From positions 1 to 63,328 of the forward strand of contig JBBIIG010000022.1 in the NCBI GenBank assembly GCA_037446635.1: a DNA stretch of 63,328 bases. Reading direction: 5' to 3'. The notes under the pieces are model-generated. The model ran no database searches. It saw only the letters and a program-made list of their open reading frames with translations, and was not told the DNA's origin. Position numbers and translations under genes: made by a program. The number at the start of each line of letters is the position of its first letter. Within the stretch, counting starts at the first letter, position 1. Shown piece after piece: positions 27,615 through 36,502 of this stretch. The DNA comes from a bacterium (GTDB taxonomy: Bacteria > Zhuqueibacterota > Zhuqueibacteria > Oceanimicrobiales > Oceanimicrobiaceae).

Positions 27615-28541
27615 ATGCAAAAAAATATTATAGAGATAAAGTTCAAAGGCGAGCGCCGCGAGCTTTATGAAAATTTTCTGGAATTTCCATTCAAAGTTGG
27701 CGACTACGCCATTGTTGAAGCGGATAAAGGAGTTGATTTTGGCCGAGTGAATCAGATTTCTCCGCTTTTGAACCACAAGGCCGGCAACGCCACACTGCGG
27801 AAAGTGATTCGCAAATCGAGTCCGGAAGAGTTAAAGAAAGCAGTGGAGAACCGCGCCCACGAACGGGAGGCGCTCAGAGTGTGCGCGGAGAAGATCAAAA
27901 ACCATAATCTCAGCATGAAGTTAGTGGATTGCGAATTCCAATTTGATCGCCACAAAATCACCTTTTATTTCACCGCCGAGCAGCGGGTGGATTTTCGCAA
28001 GTTAGTAAAAGACGTGGCCAGCGTTTATAAAACACGCATCGAGTTTCGACAAATTGGCGCCCGCGACGAAACCCGGCGGCTGGGCGGGTACGGCGTCTGC
28101 GGCCGTACGTTGTGCTGCTCGTGTTGGATTCAGGATTTTAAGCCCATCACCACGCAAGCGGCCAAAGATCAGAATCTTGCCCTCAACCCGTCGAAGTTGG
28201 CCGGCGTGTGCGGCCGCCTCAAATGCTGTTTGATGTACGAGCGCGATTTTTACAATGAGGCCATCAAAAAATTTCCGCAGTTGGCCAAGCCCATCACCAC
28301 CGAACGCGGCGAGGGCATCGTTTCCAATATCGATATCTTCAACGAGAAAGTGATGGTGCTCTACCCGGACGACACCACCGAGACCTATCCTTTGGAGTAC
28401 GTCAAAACGCGCGTTTACAAATGCGAGCACGACTGCGGCAAGGAGTACGGCAATCTGGAATCACTCACCGCCGCCGGCGAGGAATTGAATGACCAGCCGG
28501 AGTTGAATGGACAGAGTTTGAATAGCGAAGAGCTCAATTGA
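27615..28541 (+). CDS. PSP1-domain protein (YaaT/RicT family)
   Basis: RVDFRKLV, RQIGARDE, CGRTLCC, CGRLKCCL; conserved position between holB and metG. Confidence 0.92.
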   Translation: MQKNIIEIKFKGERRELYENFLEFPFKVGDYAIVEADKGVDFGRVNQISPLLNHKAGNATLRKVIRKSSPEELKKAVENRAHEREALRVCAEKIKNHNLSMKLVDCEFQFDRHKITFYFTAEQRVDFRKLVKDVASVYKTRIEFRQIGARDETRRLGGYGVCGRTLCCSCWIQDFKPITTQAAKDQNLALNPSKLAGVCGRLKCCLMYERDFYNEAIKKFPQLAKPITTERGEGIVSNIDIFNEKVMVLYPDDTTETYPLEYVKTRVYKCEHDCGKEYGNLESLTAAGEELNDQPELNGQSLNSEELN

Positions 28542-28545
28542 AGGC

Positions 28546-28652
28546 GGAGTATTGGGCGAGGTATTGGAGTGCTGGAGTGTTGGAGTGCTGGAGTATTGGA
28601 GTAATGGAGTGCTGGAGTAATGGATCAATGGATCAATGGATGTTGGATCATT
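28546..28652. repeat. Period-8 tandem array (GGAGTnnT units then GGATCnnT units)
   Basis: 7 consecutive GGAGT units at 28566-28621, then ggatcaat x2, ggatgtt and ggatcatt. Confidence 0.95.
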
Positions 28653-28687
28653 GAATCCTTAATTCGATATAACATTTAGGTAAGACC

Positions 28688-30787
28688 TTGTCTCTTAAAA
28701 AGAATAAAATACTGGTGACCAGCGCCCTGCCCTACGCTAACGGGCCGCTGCACATCGGGCATCTCGCGGGGGCGTATTTGCCGGCAGATATTTACGTGCG
28801 CTACCAGCGGCTCAAAGGCAGCGATGTGATTTACATTTGCGGCTCCGATGAACACGGCGTGCCCATCACCATCCGCGCCGAGCAGGAAGGCGTGTCGCCG
28901 AAAGAGGTCATCGATCGTTATCATGAAATCAACAAGCGCAGCTTCCAGCGTTTCGGAATGAGTTTTGAAAATTACTCGCGCACTTCGCTACCGATTCATC
29001 ATCAAACCGCGCAGGAATTCTTTTTGGATTTTTACAACAAAGGTCTGCTGAAGAAAAAGAAAGAGCTGCAGTTTTATGACGAACAGGCGCGTATGTTTTT
29101 GCCGGATCGCTACGTGGAAGGAACCTGCCCCATTTGCCAAAATCCCGAAGCCCGCGGCGACCAGTGCGAAAAATGCGGCAGCGATTTGAACCAGACCGAT
29201 CTCATCAATCCCCGCAGCAAAATCACCGGCCAAACCCCGGTGCTGCGCGATACGTATCACTGGTACTTTCCGCTGGGCGAATTTCAAGATCGTTTGAAAA
29301 AATACATCGACAGCCACCCGGAGTGGAAAGACAATGTCAAAAATTATTGCTACGGCTGGTTCAAGCAGGGATTGAAAGACCGCGCCGTCACCCGCGATCT
29401 CAACTGGGGCATCAAAGTGCCGCTCGACGAGGCGGAGGGTAAAGTGATCTACGTGTGGTTCGAAGCGGTGCTGGGTTATATTTCTTCCACCAAAGAATGG
29501 GCGCAGAACATCGGCCAGCCCGAGCGCTGGCGCGATTACTGGTCGGCTGAGCCGATCCACTCGGGCGGACAGGATGAACATTGCCGGCTCATCCACTTCA
29601 TCGGCAAGGACAACATCGTCTTTCACGCGATTCTGTTTCCGGCAATTTTGATGGCGAAAGGCGATTACGTGCTGCCCGACAACGTGCCGGCCAACGAGTA
29701 CCTCAATCTCGAAGGCAACAAAATTTCCACCAGCCGCAACTACGCCATCTGGCTGGACGAGTACCTCGATCTCTTTCCGCCGGATCCGCTGCGCTATTGT
29801 CTCGCCGCCATCGCGCCGGAAACCAAGGACGCGGATTTTTCCTGGAAGGATTTTCAAACCCGCAACAACAGCGAGCTGGCTGGCATTCTTGGCAATTTTA
29901 TCAATCGCTCGCTCACGTTCATCGAAAAGAATTTTGATAATCGTGTTCCTGAGCAAAAATTGCTAACAGAATTGGATCGCTGGATTTTAAAACGCATCGC
30001 AAATGCTCCCGAACGCGTCGGCGCCGCCCTGGAAAAATTCGAAGTACGACAAGCTTTGAAAGAATTCATGGACGTGGCGCGCGACGCCAACAAATATTTC
30101 AACGACAAAGAACCCTGGCGGACGATCAAAGACGATCCGGATTCCTGCAGCACCTCCTTGAACACTTGCGTGCAAGTGTCCAAAACGCTGGCGGTGTTGA
30201 TGGCGCCGTTCATGCCGTTTTCCGCAGAACGGCTGTGGCAAATGCTGAATTTGTCCGGTGAGGTCCATCGACAAAAATGGGACGGGGCCGGCAGCAATTT
30301 GATCGCGGCGGGACATCAGCTCAATCGCTCCGAAATTCTGTTTTCCAAAATTGAAGACAAGATTATTGACGAGCAGATCGCGAAGCTGGCGAAATTATCG
30401 CCGGGCCAACCCGCCAAAGCTGAAACTAAAAAGGAGACGCCGGTGGAGGAGTCCAAAACTGATTTGATTTCAATCGATGAATTCCGCAAAGTGCAATTGC
30501 GGGTGGCGAAAGTTCTCACCGCCGAGCGCGTTGAAGGCGCGGACAAGTTGCTGCGGCTGCAAATCCAAGTTGGCGACGAGCCGCGGCAGATCGTCGCCGG
30601 CATTGCGAAACACGTGGCGCCGGAAACTCTGCCGGGCAAGAATATCATCGTGGTGGCGAACTTACAGCCAGCGAAAATCCGCGGGCTGGAATCGCAGGGC
30701 ATGCTGCTGGCGGCGGAGGATGACGCGGGTAATTTTAGTTTGCTGACGGTGGAGGGGGAAGTCGGGTCGGGTGCGAAAGTAAAGTGA
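28688..30787 (+). CDS. metG: Methionine--tRNA ligase with C-terminal tRNA-binding domain
   Basis: ALPYANGPLHIGH, zinc knuckle, FIGKDN, KISTS, C-terminal OB fold (SQGMLL). Confidence 0.97.
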   Translation: MSLKKNKILVTSALPYANGPLHIGHLAGAYLPADIYVRYQRLKGSDVIYICGSDEHGVPITIRAEQEGVSPKEVIDRYHEINKRSFQRFGMSFENYSRTSLPIHHQTAQEFFLDFYNKGLLKKKKELQFYDEQARMFLPDRYVEGTCPICQNPEARGDQCEKCGSDLNQTDLINPRSKITGQTPVLRDTYHWYFPLGEFQDRLKKYIDSHPEWKDNVKNYCYGWFKQGLKDRAVTRDLNWGIKVPLDEAEGKVIYVWFEAVLGYISSTKEWAQNIGQPERWRDYWSAEPIHSGGQDEHCRLIHFIGKDNIVFHAILFPAILMAKGDYVLPDNVPANEYLNLEGNKISTSRNYAIWLDEYLDLFPPDPLRYCLAAIAPETKDADFSWKDFQTRNNSELAGILGNFINRSLTFIEKNFDNRVPEQKLLTELDRWILKRIANAPERVGAALEKFEVRQALKEFMDVARDANKYFNDKEPWRTIKDDPDSCSTSLNTCVQVSKTLAVLMAPFMPFSAERLWQMLNLSGEVHRQKWDGAGSNLIAAGHQLNRSEILFSKIEDKIIDEQIAKLAKLSPGQPAKAETKKETPVEESKTDLISIDEFRKVQLRVAKVLTAERVEGADKLLRLQIQVGDEPRQIVAGIAKHVAPETLPGKNIIVVANLQPAKIRGLESQGMLLAAEDDAGNFSLLTVEGEVGSGAKVK

Positions 30788-30810
30788 GTTATTGGAGAGG
30801 TTTCAAAAAC

Positions 30811-31135
30811 ATGATAACTAATTCTGATCTCTCAATTTTTAAAAAGCTAAACAAGCTGAATCTTCCTGAAGAAGAGAAAGACTTGATTATCGAAAATGGT
30901 GCAAGATACCGGATTTTGGAATTCGAATATCAGTTGAAAAAGCTCGATTCCGAGATCACGAAACTTGAAAAACTATTTTGGCCATTCGTTTGAGGAATTG
31001 GAGAGGATTGGACTTCCGGACGATGCCGATTACAAAGCTCATGAAAATTATTTGGACCTCAAGGCTCTTGTGCTCGGTCGGTTGGAAATACAGGAAAAAA
31101 TCAAAGTTCACAAAGAATTGTTTGAGTTAGAATAA
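30811..31135 (+). pseudogene. Frameshifted small helical protein, probable antitoxin partner of the DUF6516 gene
   Basis: ORF stops at 30993; removing one A from the A5 run (30968-30972) gives a 107-aa ORF continuing YFGHSFEELERIGLPDDADYKAHENY to TAA at 31135. Confidence 0.65.
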
Positions 31136-31494
31136 GCTTACCTGAAACCCATCAGAATGTTTTAGCGAATTTCGAAGACGTCATCAAAGATATTGAAATG
31201 CTTCCCACCAAATGGAATAACCAATTAAAATTCAAAAGAACGTCTATCGACGACACAACACTGCGAGTTTTGGAAGTATTCTCTCAGCACAAAGTTGTCG
31301 TTTACAGTTATTACCACTTGAATAAAGAAAATGAATTGATAATTGGTTGGGACTCCGCTCCACATCACAAACATCTTAAAAACTTCCCCTATCATGAGCA
31401 CGTCGGCAAGGATGCTAAAATTCAATCTTCCGCTAAAATGGATTTAGACAAAGCCCTCACCGTTGTACGGAAAGCAATACTAACCAAATCTTAA
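31132..31494 (+). CDS. DUF6516-family putative toxin; canonical start apparently lost (ATA at 31132, first ATG at 31198)
   Basis: YSYY...IIGWDSAPHHKHLKNFPYHEH motif; open frame extends upstream to ATA overlapping the previous stop. Confidence 0.7.
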   Translation: MSLPETHQNVLANFEDVIKDIEMLPTKWNNQLKFKRTSIDDTTLRVLEVFSQHKVVVYSYYHLNKENELIIGWDSAPHHKHLKNFPYHEHVGKDAKIQSSAKMDLDKALTVVRKAILTKS

Positions 31495-31495
31495 A

Positions 31496-32263
31496 ATGCT
31501 CATCGACACCCACGCCCACCTCTACTTCCAGCAATTTGAAGACGATCGCGACGAAGCCATTCAGCGCGCGTTCGCGGCCGGCGTCAAAAAAATCATCAAC
31601 ATCGGCATCGATCCCGAAACCTGCCGCCAGTCCATCGCGCTGGCGGAGAAGTACGACGGTCTGTTTGCCGTCGTCGGCATTCACCCCAACGATGCCGGAC
31701 TCTGGAACGAAACCACACGCGCGCAAATTATCGAATGGCGCCGCCACCCGAAAGTGGTGGCGATCGGCGAAATCGGCCTGGACTTTTATTGGGAAAAAAC
31801 ACCGGTGGCCGTTCAAGAAACTGTGTTTCGCCAGCAAATTCGTTTGGCCAAAGAACTGGGCTTGCCCATCGTTATTCACAATCGCGAGGCTGGGCCGGAA
31901 ATTTTGAACGTGTTGAAATCCGAGGGCGTCGCTGGCCTCACCGGTGTCTTTCACTGTTTTTCGGAGACGCCAGAAATCGCCGCCGAAATTTTAGAGTTGG
32001 GATTTTATATTTCCTTCACCGGCAATCTCACTTTCAAAAAATCCGCGCTGCCGCAAGTGGCGAAACTCATCCCCGTCGAGCGGCTGTTGTTGGAAACCGA
32101 CTGCCCCTTTTTATCTCCCGAACCCAAGCGCGGCCGCCGCAATGAACCGGCGCACGTGGTTCACATCGCGCAGAAGTTAGCCGAGCTCAAAGAGCTGCCG
32201 TTTGATGACATCGCCCGGGCGACCACTGCCAACGCGCTGCGGCTTTTCGGATTGGGTTCATGA
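31496..32263 (+). CDS. tatD: TatD-family deoxyribonuclease
   Basis: DTHAH, GIHP, GEIGLD, IHNR, HCF, ETDCP. Confidence 0.95.
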   Translation: MLIDTHAHLYFQQFEDDRDEAIQRAFAAGVKKIINIGIDPETCRQSIALAEKYDGLFAVVGIHPNDAGLWNETTRAQIIEWRRHPKVVAIGEIGLDFYWEKTPVAVQETVFRQQIRLAKELGLPIVIHNREAGPEILNVLKSEGVAGLTGVFHCFSETPEIAAEILELGFYISFTGNLTFKKSALPQVAKLIPVERLLLETDCPFLSPEPKRGRRNEPAHVVHIAQKLAELKELPFDDIARATTANALRLFGLGS

Positions 32264-33069
32264 ATGAGGTCGGCTTCCGTCCCAAGCAGAGTCTGGGACA
32301 AAATTTTTTGGTGGATGAAAATATTGCGCGCAAGATCATCCAGCATTTTTCGCCGCAGCCGCAGGACGTGGTGGTGGAAATCGGTCCCGGTTTTGGCGTT
32401 TTAACGAAGTACCTGATTCCGTCGGTTCAGCGCTTGGTGGCGGTTGAGATTGATCGCAAACTCATTCGTCACTTAAGCGCGCAGTTTGCCTCTCACCAAA
32501 ATTTTGTTTTAATTGCCGGCGATTTTCTGAAGCACGATTTGGCCGAGATCAGCGGCGGCGCAAAAAAGTTGCGCGTTTTGGGAAACATACCGTATCATAT
32601 CACCAGCCCGGTCATTTTCAAAGTTTTTGAGTCGCGCCATCTGGCCGCGGACATGATGCTGATGATTCAAAAGGAAGTGGCGCGGCGAATCGTGGCGCAA
32701 CCGCGCAGCAAAGATTACGGCATTCTTTCGGTGTTCAGTCAGTTGTTTTCGACGCCGAAGATTTTGTTTTCGGTTTCAAAGAATGTGTTTAAACCCAAAC
32801 CCGAAGTGGATTCAGCGGTGGTGCGCTGGGATTTTTCGAAGCCGGCTGAATTGACTGTTAGCAACTATGATGTTTTCAATCAACTGGTGCACGTTACATT
32901 TCAACAGCGCCGCAAGATGTTGAGAAAGTCGTTGCAGCAGCTTAAAGATATTGCAAACAAAATAGAGCAGATCGATTTTGATTTAGAAAAGCGGCCGGAG
33001 GAACTGAGCCCGGCGGAATTCGTGCAACTGAGCAACCAAATCGCGGAATTATGGAAGAAGCCGATGTAA
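32260..33069 (+). CDS. rsmA: 16S rRNA dimethyltransferase RsmA/KsgA
   Basis: LGQNFL, EIGPG, NIPY, QKEVA, PKPEVDS. Confidence 0.96.
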   Translation: MNEVGFRPKQSLGQNFLVDENIARKIIQHFSPQPQDVVVEIGPGFGVLTKYLIPSVQRLVAVEIDRKLIRHLSAQFASHQNFVLIAGDFLKHDLAEISGGAKKLRVLGNIPYHITSPVIFKVFESRHLAADMMLMIQKEVARRIVAQPRSKDYGILSVFSQLFSTPKILFSVSKNVFKPKPEVDSAVVRWDFSKPAELTVSNYDVFNQLVHVTFQQRRKMLRKSLQQLKDIANKIEQIDFDLEKRPEELSPAEFVQLSNQIAELWKKPM

Positions 33070-34403
33070 AAAACATCGTTGAAGATCTGGAGTATCTGGC
33101 GTCGGAAAAAGACGCCGCGATGATCCTCAATATTCTCATTGGCAATCATCCGGCGGACATCGCGGACTTGCTGGAGAACCTGTCGCCCGAAAACCGCAAA
33201 TATGTTTTCGGGCTGCTGGACGCCGACACCGCATCGGACGTGATCATGGAAATGGACGAGGCGGTGCGCGAGGATTTGATCGAAGAACTGCGGCCGGAGC
33301 GGCTCTCCGAAATGGTGGACGAGATGCCGTCGGACGACGCCACCGATTTTGTCGCCGAGCTTCCCAAGGAGGTTGCGAAAAAGGTTCTCGCTTCCATCGA
33401 TCCGGAGTCGTCCGATGAGGTCAAAGAACTTCTGCGCCACGAAGAAGACACGGCCGGCGGAATCATGGCGCTGGAGTTTGTGGCCGTGCGCGAGGATCAA
33501 ACCGTCGATGAAGCCATCCGCGAAATTCGCGCCAAAGCGGATGAAGTGGAGGTGGTGTACAATGTTTACGTGGTGGACAAAAATGGCGTTCTGGTTGGCT
33601 TTCTGCCGTTGAACAAACTCATTGTTGCCAAGTCGGGCCACATTATAAAAGATATCATGGAAGAAGACGTGGTCAGTGTGACTCCCGAAATGGACCAGGA
33701 GCAGGTGGCCAATCTTTTCCGCCGCTATGACCTGGTATCGGTGCCGGTGGTGGACAACTTTGGCCGGCTCATCGGCCGCATCACCATCGACGACATCGTG
33801 GATGTGATGGAGGAGGAGGCGTCCGAAGATATTCAAAAGATGGCGGGTTTAACCGAGGAGGAAGAATTCCACGAAACTTCCGCTCTGCGAATTTCCATGC
33901 TGCGGTTGCCGTGGTTGATGGTGGCATTTGTTGGCGAGATGCTTTCGGCGCTGGTGCTATCGCGGTTTGAAGCTTCTTTGAAAGAAGTGTTTATCGCGGC
34001 GTTCTTCATACCATTGATGATGGCCATGGGGGGAAATTCCGGAATTCAGGCGGCGACGATTGTGGTGCGCGGTCTGGCGCTGGGGGAGCTCAATCCGGCG
34101 GACACCTTTAAAAGGCTGTTCAAAGAAATTCGCATTTCCCTCATCAACGGCGCGGTGTGCGGCGTTTTGTTGTTCGGGGTAGTTTCCATGTTTGGCGAGC
34201 CGCGTTTCGGATTTATTTTAGGTTCCGTGATGCTGGTGGTGATCTTAAACGCTTCGCTGGTGGGCGCCACCACTCCGCTGGTGCTGGTTCGTGTGGGTGT
34301 GGATCCCGCCATCGCGATGGGGCCATTTATCACCACCTTCAACGATGTCATCGGCTTGTTTATTTATCTGGGATTGGTTACCTTGGCACTGCGGTTTTTT
34401 TAA
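33051..34403 (+). CDS. mgtE: Magnesium transporter MgtE
   Basis: HPADIA N-domain, CBS pair, GGNSG, DPA and FITT.ND. Confidence 0.95.
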   Translation: MEEADVKNIVEDLEYLASEKDAAMILNILIGNHPADIADLLENLSPENRKYVFGLLDADTASDVIMEMDEAVREDLIEELRPERLSEMVDEMPSDDATDFVAELPKEVAKKVLASIDPESSDEVKELLRHEEDTAGGIMALEFVAVREDQTVDEAIREIRAKADEVEVVYNVYVVDKNGVLVGFLPLNKLIVAKSGHIIKDIMEEDVVSVTPEMDQEQVANLFRRYDLVSVPVVDNFGRLIGRITIDDIVDVMEEEASEDIQKMAGLTEEEEFHETSALRISMLRLPWLMVAFVGEMLSALVLSRFEASLKEVFIAAFFIPLMMAMGGNSGIQAATIVVRGLALGELNPADTFKRLFKEIRISLINGAVCGVLLFGVVSMFGEPRFGFILGSVMLVVILNASLVGATTPLVLVRVGVDPAIAMGPFITTFNDVIGLFIYLGLVTLALRFF

Positions 34404-34463
34404 TTTGATAAATTGATAAGTAAAAGTTTTGAACGGATGCAACTCAACTCATAGTTAGAACGC

Positions 34464-34537
34464 GGAGTGTTGGATTGATGGATTAATGAAAAACTATCTC
34501 ATCAATCCATTACTCCAGCACTCCATTAATCAATCCA
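34464..34537. repeat. Period-8 inverted array (hairpin) of the GGAGTnnT/GGATTnnT family
   Basis: ggagtgtt ggattgat ggattaat, then atcaatcc attactcc agcactcc. Confidence 0.85.
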
Positions 34538-34592
34538 CGTGCTGTTCTAAACATGACTATCATTCACATGGTGGTTTATTTGAATTCGATTT

Positions 34593-35393
34593 ATGTCCCT
34601 GCAAAAAACCGAAGCCGTCGTCCTGAAAAGCATCAAACAGGGCGAGACCAGCAAAATCCTCACGCTCTACACCCGCAAGTTTGGCAAAATTAAAGTCATT
34701 GCCAAAGGCGCCCGCGGTTTGAAAAGCCGCTTCGGCGGGACGCTGGAACCCGCCAACTACATTGCCATCGTCTATTATGAAAAGGAAAATCGCGAGCTGC
34801 AGTTTTTGAGTCAGGCGGATATCATCGAAACCTTTTCCAAGAAAAAGCAGCCGCTGGAAAAATCGTCGCTGGCGATGGCTGCTTGCGAGCTGGTCGATCA
34901 CCTCGAAATTGGCGCCCACCCCAATCCGCATTTGTTCAAATTATTTCTGGAAACGCTGCGCGGGGTTGATCACGCCGTGCATCCGATGAACGTTTTTCGG
35001 GCGTTTCAGATCCGAATCTTTGATGCCCTCGGCGTCAAGCCCAATTTCCAAACCTGCCTCCATTGCCGACAACTGCGCGTTGGCGTTGGTGAGGCGATCT
35101 TCGATATCCCGCACGGCGGATTTTATTGCCAGCGTTGTGCGCATCTGCGACCGGCCGGGATGGTTCTATCTAAATCGGTGATCGCTGATTTTAGAAATTT
35201 GCAAACCGCCCCGCTCTCGTCTTTGAATGGGGTGCTGGCGTCCCCAGCCGATGAGCAGCAGGCCGACCAGTTTCTACTGGCTTATTTCAATTATCACGTC
35301 GAGGGATTTCGCGAATTGAATTCGCTAAAATTTCTGCGCAAAGTCAGCCATCGCGATTTGGTTAAATCCGTTGATGAAAAATTGGGGCGATGA
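34593..35393 (+). CDS. recO: DNA repair protein RecO
   Basis: GETSKILTLYT..FGKI..IAKGAR; CxxC..CxxC zinc finger. Confidence 0.93.
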   Translation: MSLQKTEAVVLKSIKQGETSKILTLYTRKFGKIKVIAKGARGLKSRFGGTLEPANYIAIVYYEKENRELQFLSQADIIETFSKKKQPLEKSSLAMAACELVDHLEIGAHPNPHLFKLFLETLRGVDHAVHPMNVFRAFQIRIFDALGVKPNFQTCLHCRQLRVGVGEAIFDIPHGGFYCQRCAHLRPAGMVLSKSVIADFRNLQTAPLSSLNGVLASPADEQQADQFLLAYFNYHVEGFRELNSLKFLRKVSHRDLVKSVDEKLGR

Positions 35394-36086
35394 TTGCGGC
35401 TGCCCGAACCGCTGATTCCTGGTAAGTTGATCCAGCGCTACAAACGGTTCCTGATGGATGCGGAGCTGGACTCGGGGGAGATGGTGACCGCGCATTGTCC
35501 CAACTCCGGCAGCATGATGGGACTGTTGGATAGCGGCAACCCCGTGTTGCTTTCCCGAAGCGATAACCCGAACCGTAAACTGCGCTTCACGTTGGAGATC
35601 ATTCAAGTCCGCCAGACTTGGGTGGGCGTCAACACCATGAATCCCAATCGGCTGATCCACGAGGCGCTGCAAACCAGCGCGATTCCAGAGTTGAAGAATT
35701 ACAACCAAATCAAAAAAGAAGTGATTTGGAAAGAAGGGTGCCGGTTTGATTTTTGTTTAAAGAATAGCCAGTCGCTTTGCTATCTCGAAGTCAAAAATGT
35801 CACCCTCGAAGAAAACGGTTGGGCGCTGTTTCCGGACGCGGTCACCAAGCGCGGAGCCAAGCATCTTCACCACTTGATAGAAGTTGTTGAGAGAGGATGT
35901 CGCGGCGTGATGTTGTTTCTGGTGCATCGCGCGGATTGCGAGCGTTTCCGGCCAGCGCGTCATATTGATCCCGTTTACGCTGAAACGCTGAGGGCGGCGG
36001 CGGATCGCGGAGTGGAAATTCTGGTGTATCGAACTATTATTGAACCTCCAATGGTCTGGTTAGATCGGAAACTACCTTTCGAGTAG
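35394..36086 (+). CDS. sfsA: DNA/RNA nuclease SfsA
   Basis: RYKRF, AHCPNSGSM, RFDF, EVKNV, FPDAVT.RG.KHL. Confidence 0.95.
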   Translation: MRLPEPLIPGKLIQRYKRFLMDAELDSGEMVTAHCPNSGSMMGLLDSGNPVLLSRSDNPNRKLRFTLEIIQVRQTWVGVNTMNPNRLIHEALQTSAIPELKNYNQIKKEVIWKEGCRFDFCLKNSQSLCYLEVKNVTLEENGWALFPDAVTKRGAKHLHHLIEVVERGCRGVMLFLVHRADCERFRPARHIDPVYAETLRAAADRGVEILVYRTIIEPPMVWLDRKLPFE

Positions 36087-36160
36087 CGATGACTGCCGTC
36101 CTTTTTTCGTAAGGAAGTGTGTTATAAATTTGGAGATTGCTTCGACTTGCTGGAAGGGAC

Positions 36161-36281
36161 CTTATAGCGTCCGCCTGAAAATGAATTTTCAGGCTCATAG
36201 TAGAAGTCGGCTAAAAGCCGACTGTGAAATTAGTCTGCTTCAGCAGACTTGCGCTATAAGCCAGAAAATTTATTTTCTGGC
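36161..36281. repeat. Cluster of four REP-like hairpins, three enclosed by an outer stem
   Basis: cttatagcg/cgctataag outer stem; gcctgaaaat/attttcaggc, agtcggct/agccgact, agtctgct/agcagact, gccagaaaat/attttctggc. Confidence 0.85.
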
Positions 36282-36304
36282 GAAACCGATTATTTCTGAA
36301 AACC

Positions 36305-36491
36305 CGTGTTCTGCAATTTCCTAAGAGTCTTCGCACCCCCAGTTGGGGTTGCTTTTCCGCAGAGCGGTCGGCTCTGCTGAATATGGCGGAAACGGGTGAA
36401 GGAGAACGTCGGTTCATCAGTCGGATACCGATCCGCTTTGCGGAAAAGCATCGGATTAAAATTCGTGTTCTACACCGCAGTTTCCTAAGAG
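36305..36491. repeat. 101-nt inverted-repeat element flanked by imperfect direct repeats
   Basis: tgcttttccgcagagcggtcgg and ccgatccgctttgcggaaaagca (36350-36450); cgtgttct..gcaRtttcctaagag at 36305 and 36464. Confidence 0.7.
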
Positions 36492-36502
36492 CTTTGATAC
36501 CA

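Noticed and set aside
36161..36260. tRNA or tRNA-like gene in the cloverleaf
   Set aside because: There is no TTC T-loop or D-loop GG, and the loops are 2-3 nt, too small for an anticodon loop.
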